Source: Flectonema sp. DT1601
Lineage: Eukaryota
Direction: 5' to 3'
Length of the DNA stretch: 64,000 nucleotides
Assembly (NCBI GenBank): GCA_964019425.1
Contig: OZ025793.1
Coordinates: forward strand, 930,001 to 994,000
Each line of letters begins with the position of its first letter. Positions within the stretch are counted from its first letter, which is position 1. This document shows, in pieces, positions 63,077 to 64,000 of the stretch. Position numbers and translations under genes: made by a program. The notes under the pieces were generated by a model, which did not search any database, had not been told where the DNA came from, and was given only the letters and a program-made list of their open reading frames with translations.

Positions 63077-64000
63077 CTCTCTCTTTCTCTCATCTGTTTG
63101 AACTAAATGATGCACAACCATATTATTGTGAATACAATGAACATAAAACAACAATTAGAATAGGTCGAGGCTGATTAGTTCCTTCCTCCGCTCTCTCTTT
63201 AATATGATGATATTAATGGCATTATCAATCACGTGTTAGACTTCTGAGCATTCTATGCGATGCGAATAATTCTTATCTGCCTGCTGATTCCCTTTGTGAC
63301 TGTTCCCTTATGTTGGATGGTGTTGTATTTTGTTAGAGAGCACTTGAACTCCCTCTCTCTCTCGTTCTCTCTCTTTCTCTCATCTGTTTGAACTAAATGA
63401 TGCACAACCATATTATTGTGAATACAATGAACATAAAACAACAATTAGAATAGGTCGAGGTTGATTAGTTCATTCCTCCACTCTCCACTCTCTCTTTAAT
63501 ATGATGATATTAATGGCATTATCAATCACGTGTTAGACTTCTGAGCATTCTATGCGATGCGAATAATTCTTATCTGCCTGCTGATTCCCTTCTGTGACTG
63601 TTCCCTTGTGTTGGAGGTAATGAAAAACAATCAACAATTAGAGTAGATCTTTCTTACACTTTCCACTGCAGTGATGAGGAAGTTCTCTTTGTATTATTAT
63701 TATTGTAACTTTTGAAGTATTGTAGTTTTTATACTCATCAGGAGGTTCAGTGACTACTATTTTCTGCAGGAGGTTGCTTCAGAAGAATAAAACAAATGAA
63801 GTTATTATCACTGTTAGTATTATTTACGGCCGTTGGAAAAGTGTCATCTGAAGCCACCTGTTCTTCGATAGCACTTCAGAGATGTGAAGATGCTTTTAAT
63901 GTAACGACATGTGTGAAGTCGTACGTACCAATGTTACAAGATAAGGGATACGGACAAGCGTGTTTATGGTATACCGCATTTCCACCAGCGGAGTGTGTAG

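Larger units (their letters stand above)
61307..63615 (+). repeat. Tandem ~290-340-bp repeat (7 full + 1 partial) with variable (CT)n spacer, carrying the snoRNA pair
   Basis: Near-identical units starting tgattagttccttcctcc; length differences come mainly from the (CT)n tract. Confidence 0.95.

Noticed and set aside
61694..63444. Repeated minus-strand ERERE ORFs
   Set aside because: Translation of the (CT)n spacer; the snoRNA reading explains the conservation.

Overview
AT-rich eukaryotic nuclear DNA, most likely a euglenozoan (diplonemid-like), inferred from an 18S rDNA fragment, a Cgm1-type capping enzyme and all ~17 host protein genes lying on the + strand. I reconstructed 25 short GT-AG introns by hand. 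Genes: PAN/apple Pro-Thr-stalk membrane protein, AzgA permease-ankyrin fusion, COA5/Pet191, cap-1 2'-O-methyltransferase, importin-beta family protein, KH-KH-PLD nuclease, guanylyltransferase-N7-methyltransferase, GCN2-like kinase, class-V PLP enzyme, cold-shock/RS protein, DEAD-box helicase and a filamin/PDZ protein. Also two minus-strand tRNAs, a 1.4-kb TIR transposon and retroelement relics. Main hidden signals: (1) the terminal ~300-bp 'satellite' is a tandem array of two box C/D snoRNAs with LSU rRNA guides; (2) cis-introns have A-rich 3' ends, often complementary to their U-rich 5' ends, whereas putative trans-splice acceptors are pyrimidine-rich; (3) a 4-exon micro-gene resembles the Na/K-ATPase beta N-terminus; (4) short inserts sit between duplicated C-run targets. 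All homology calls are by motif recognition only; no searches were run.
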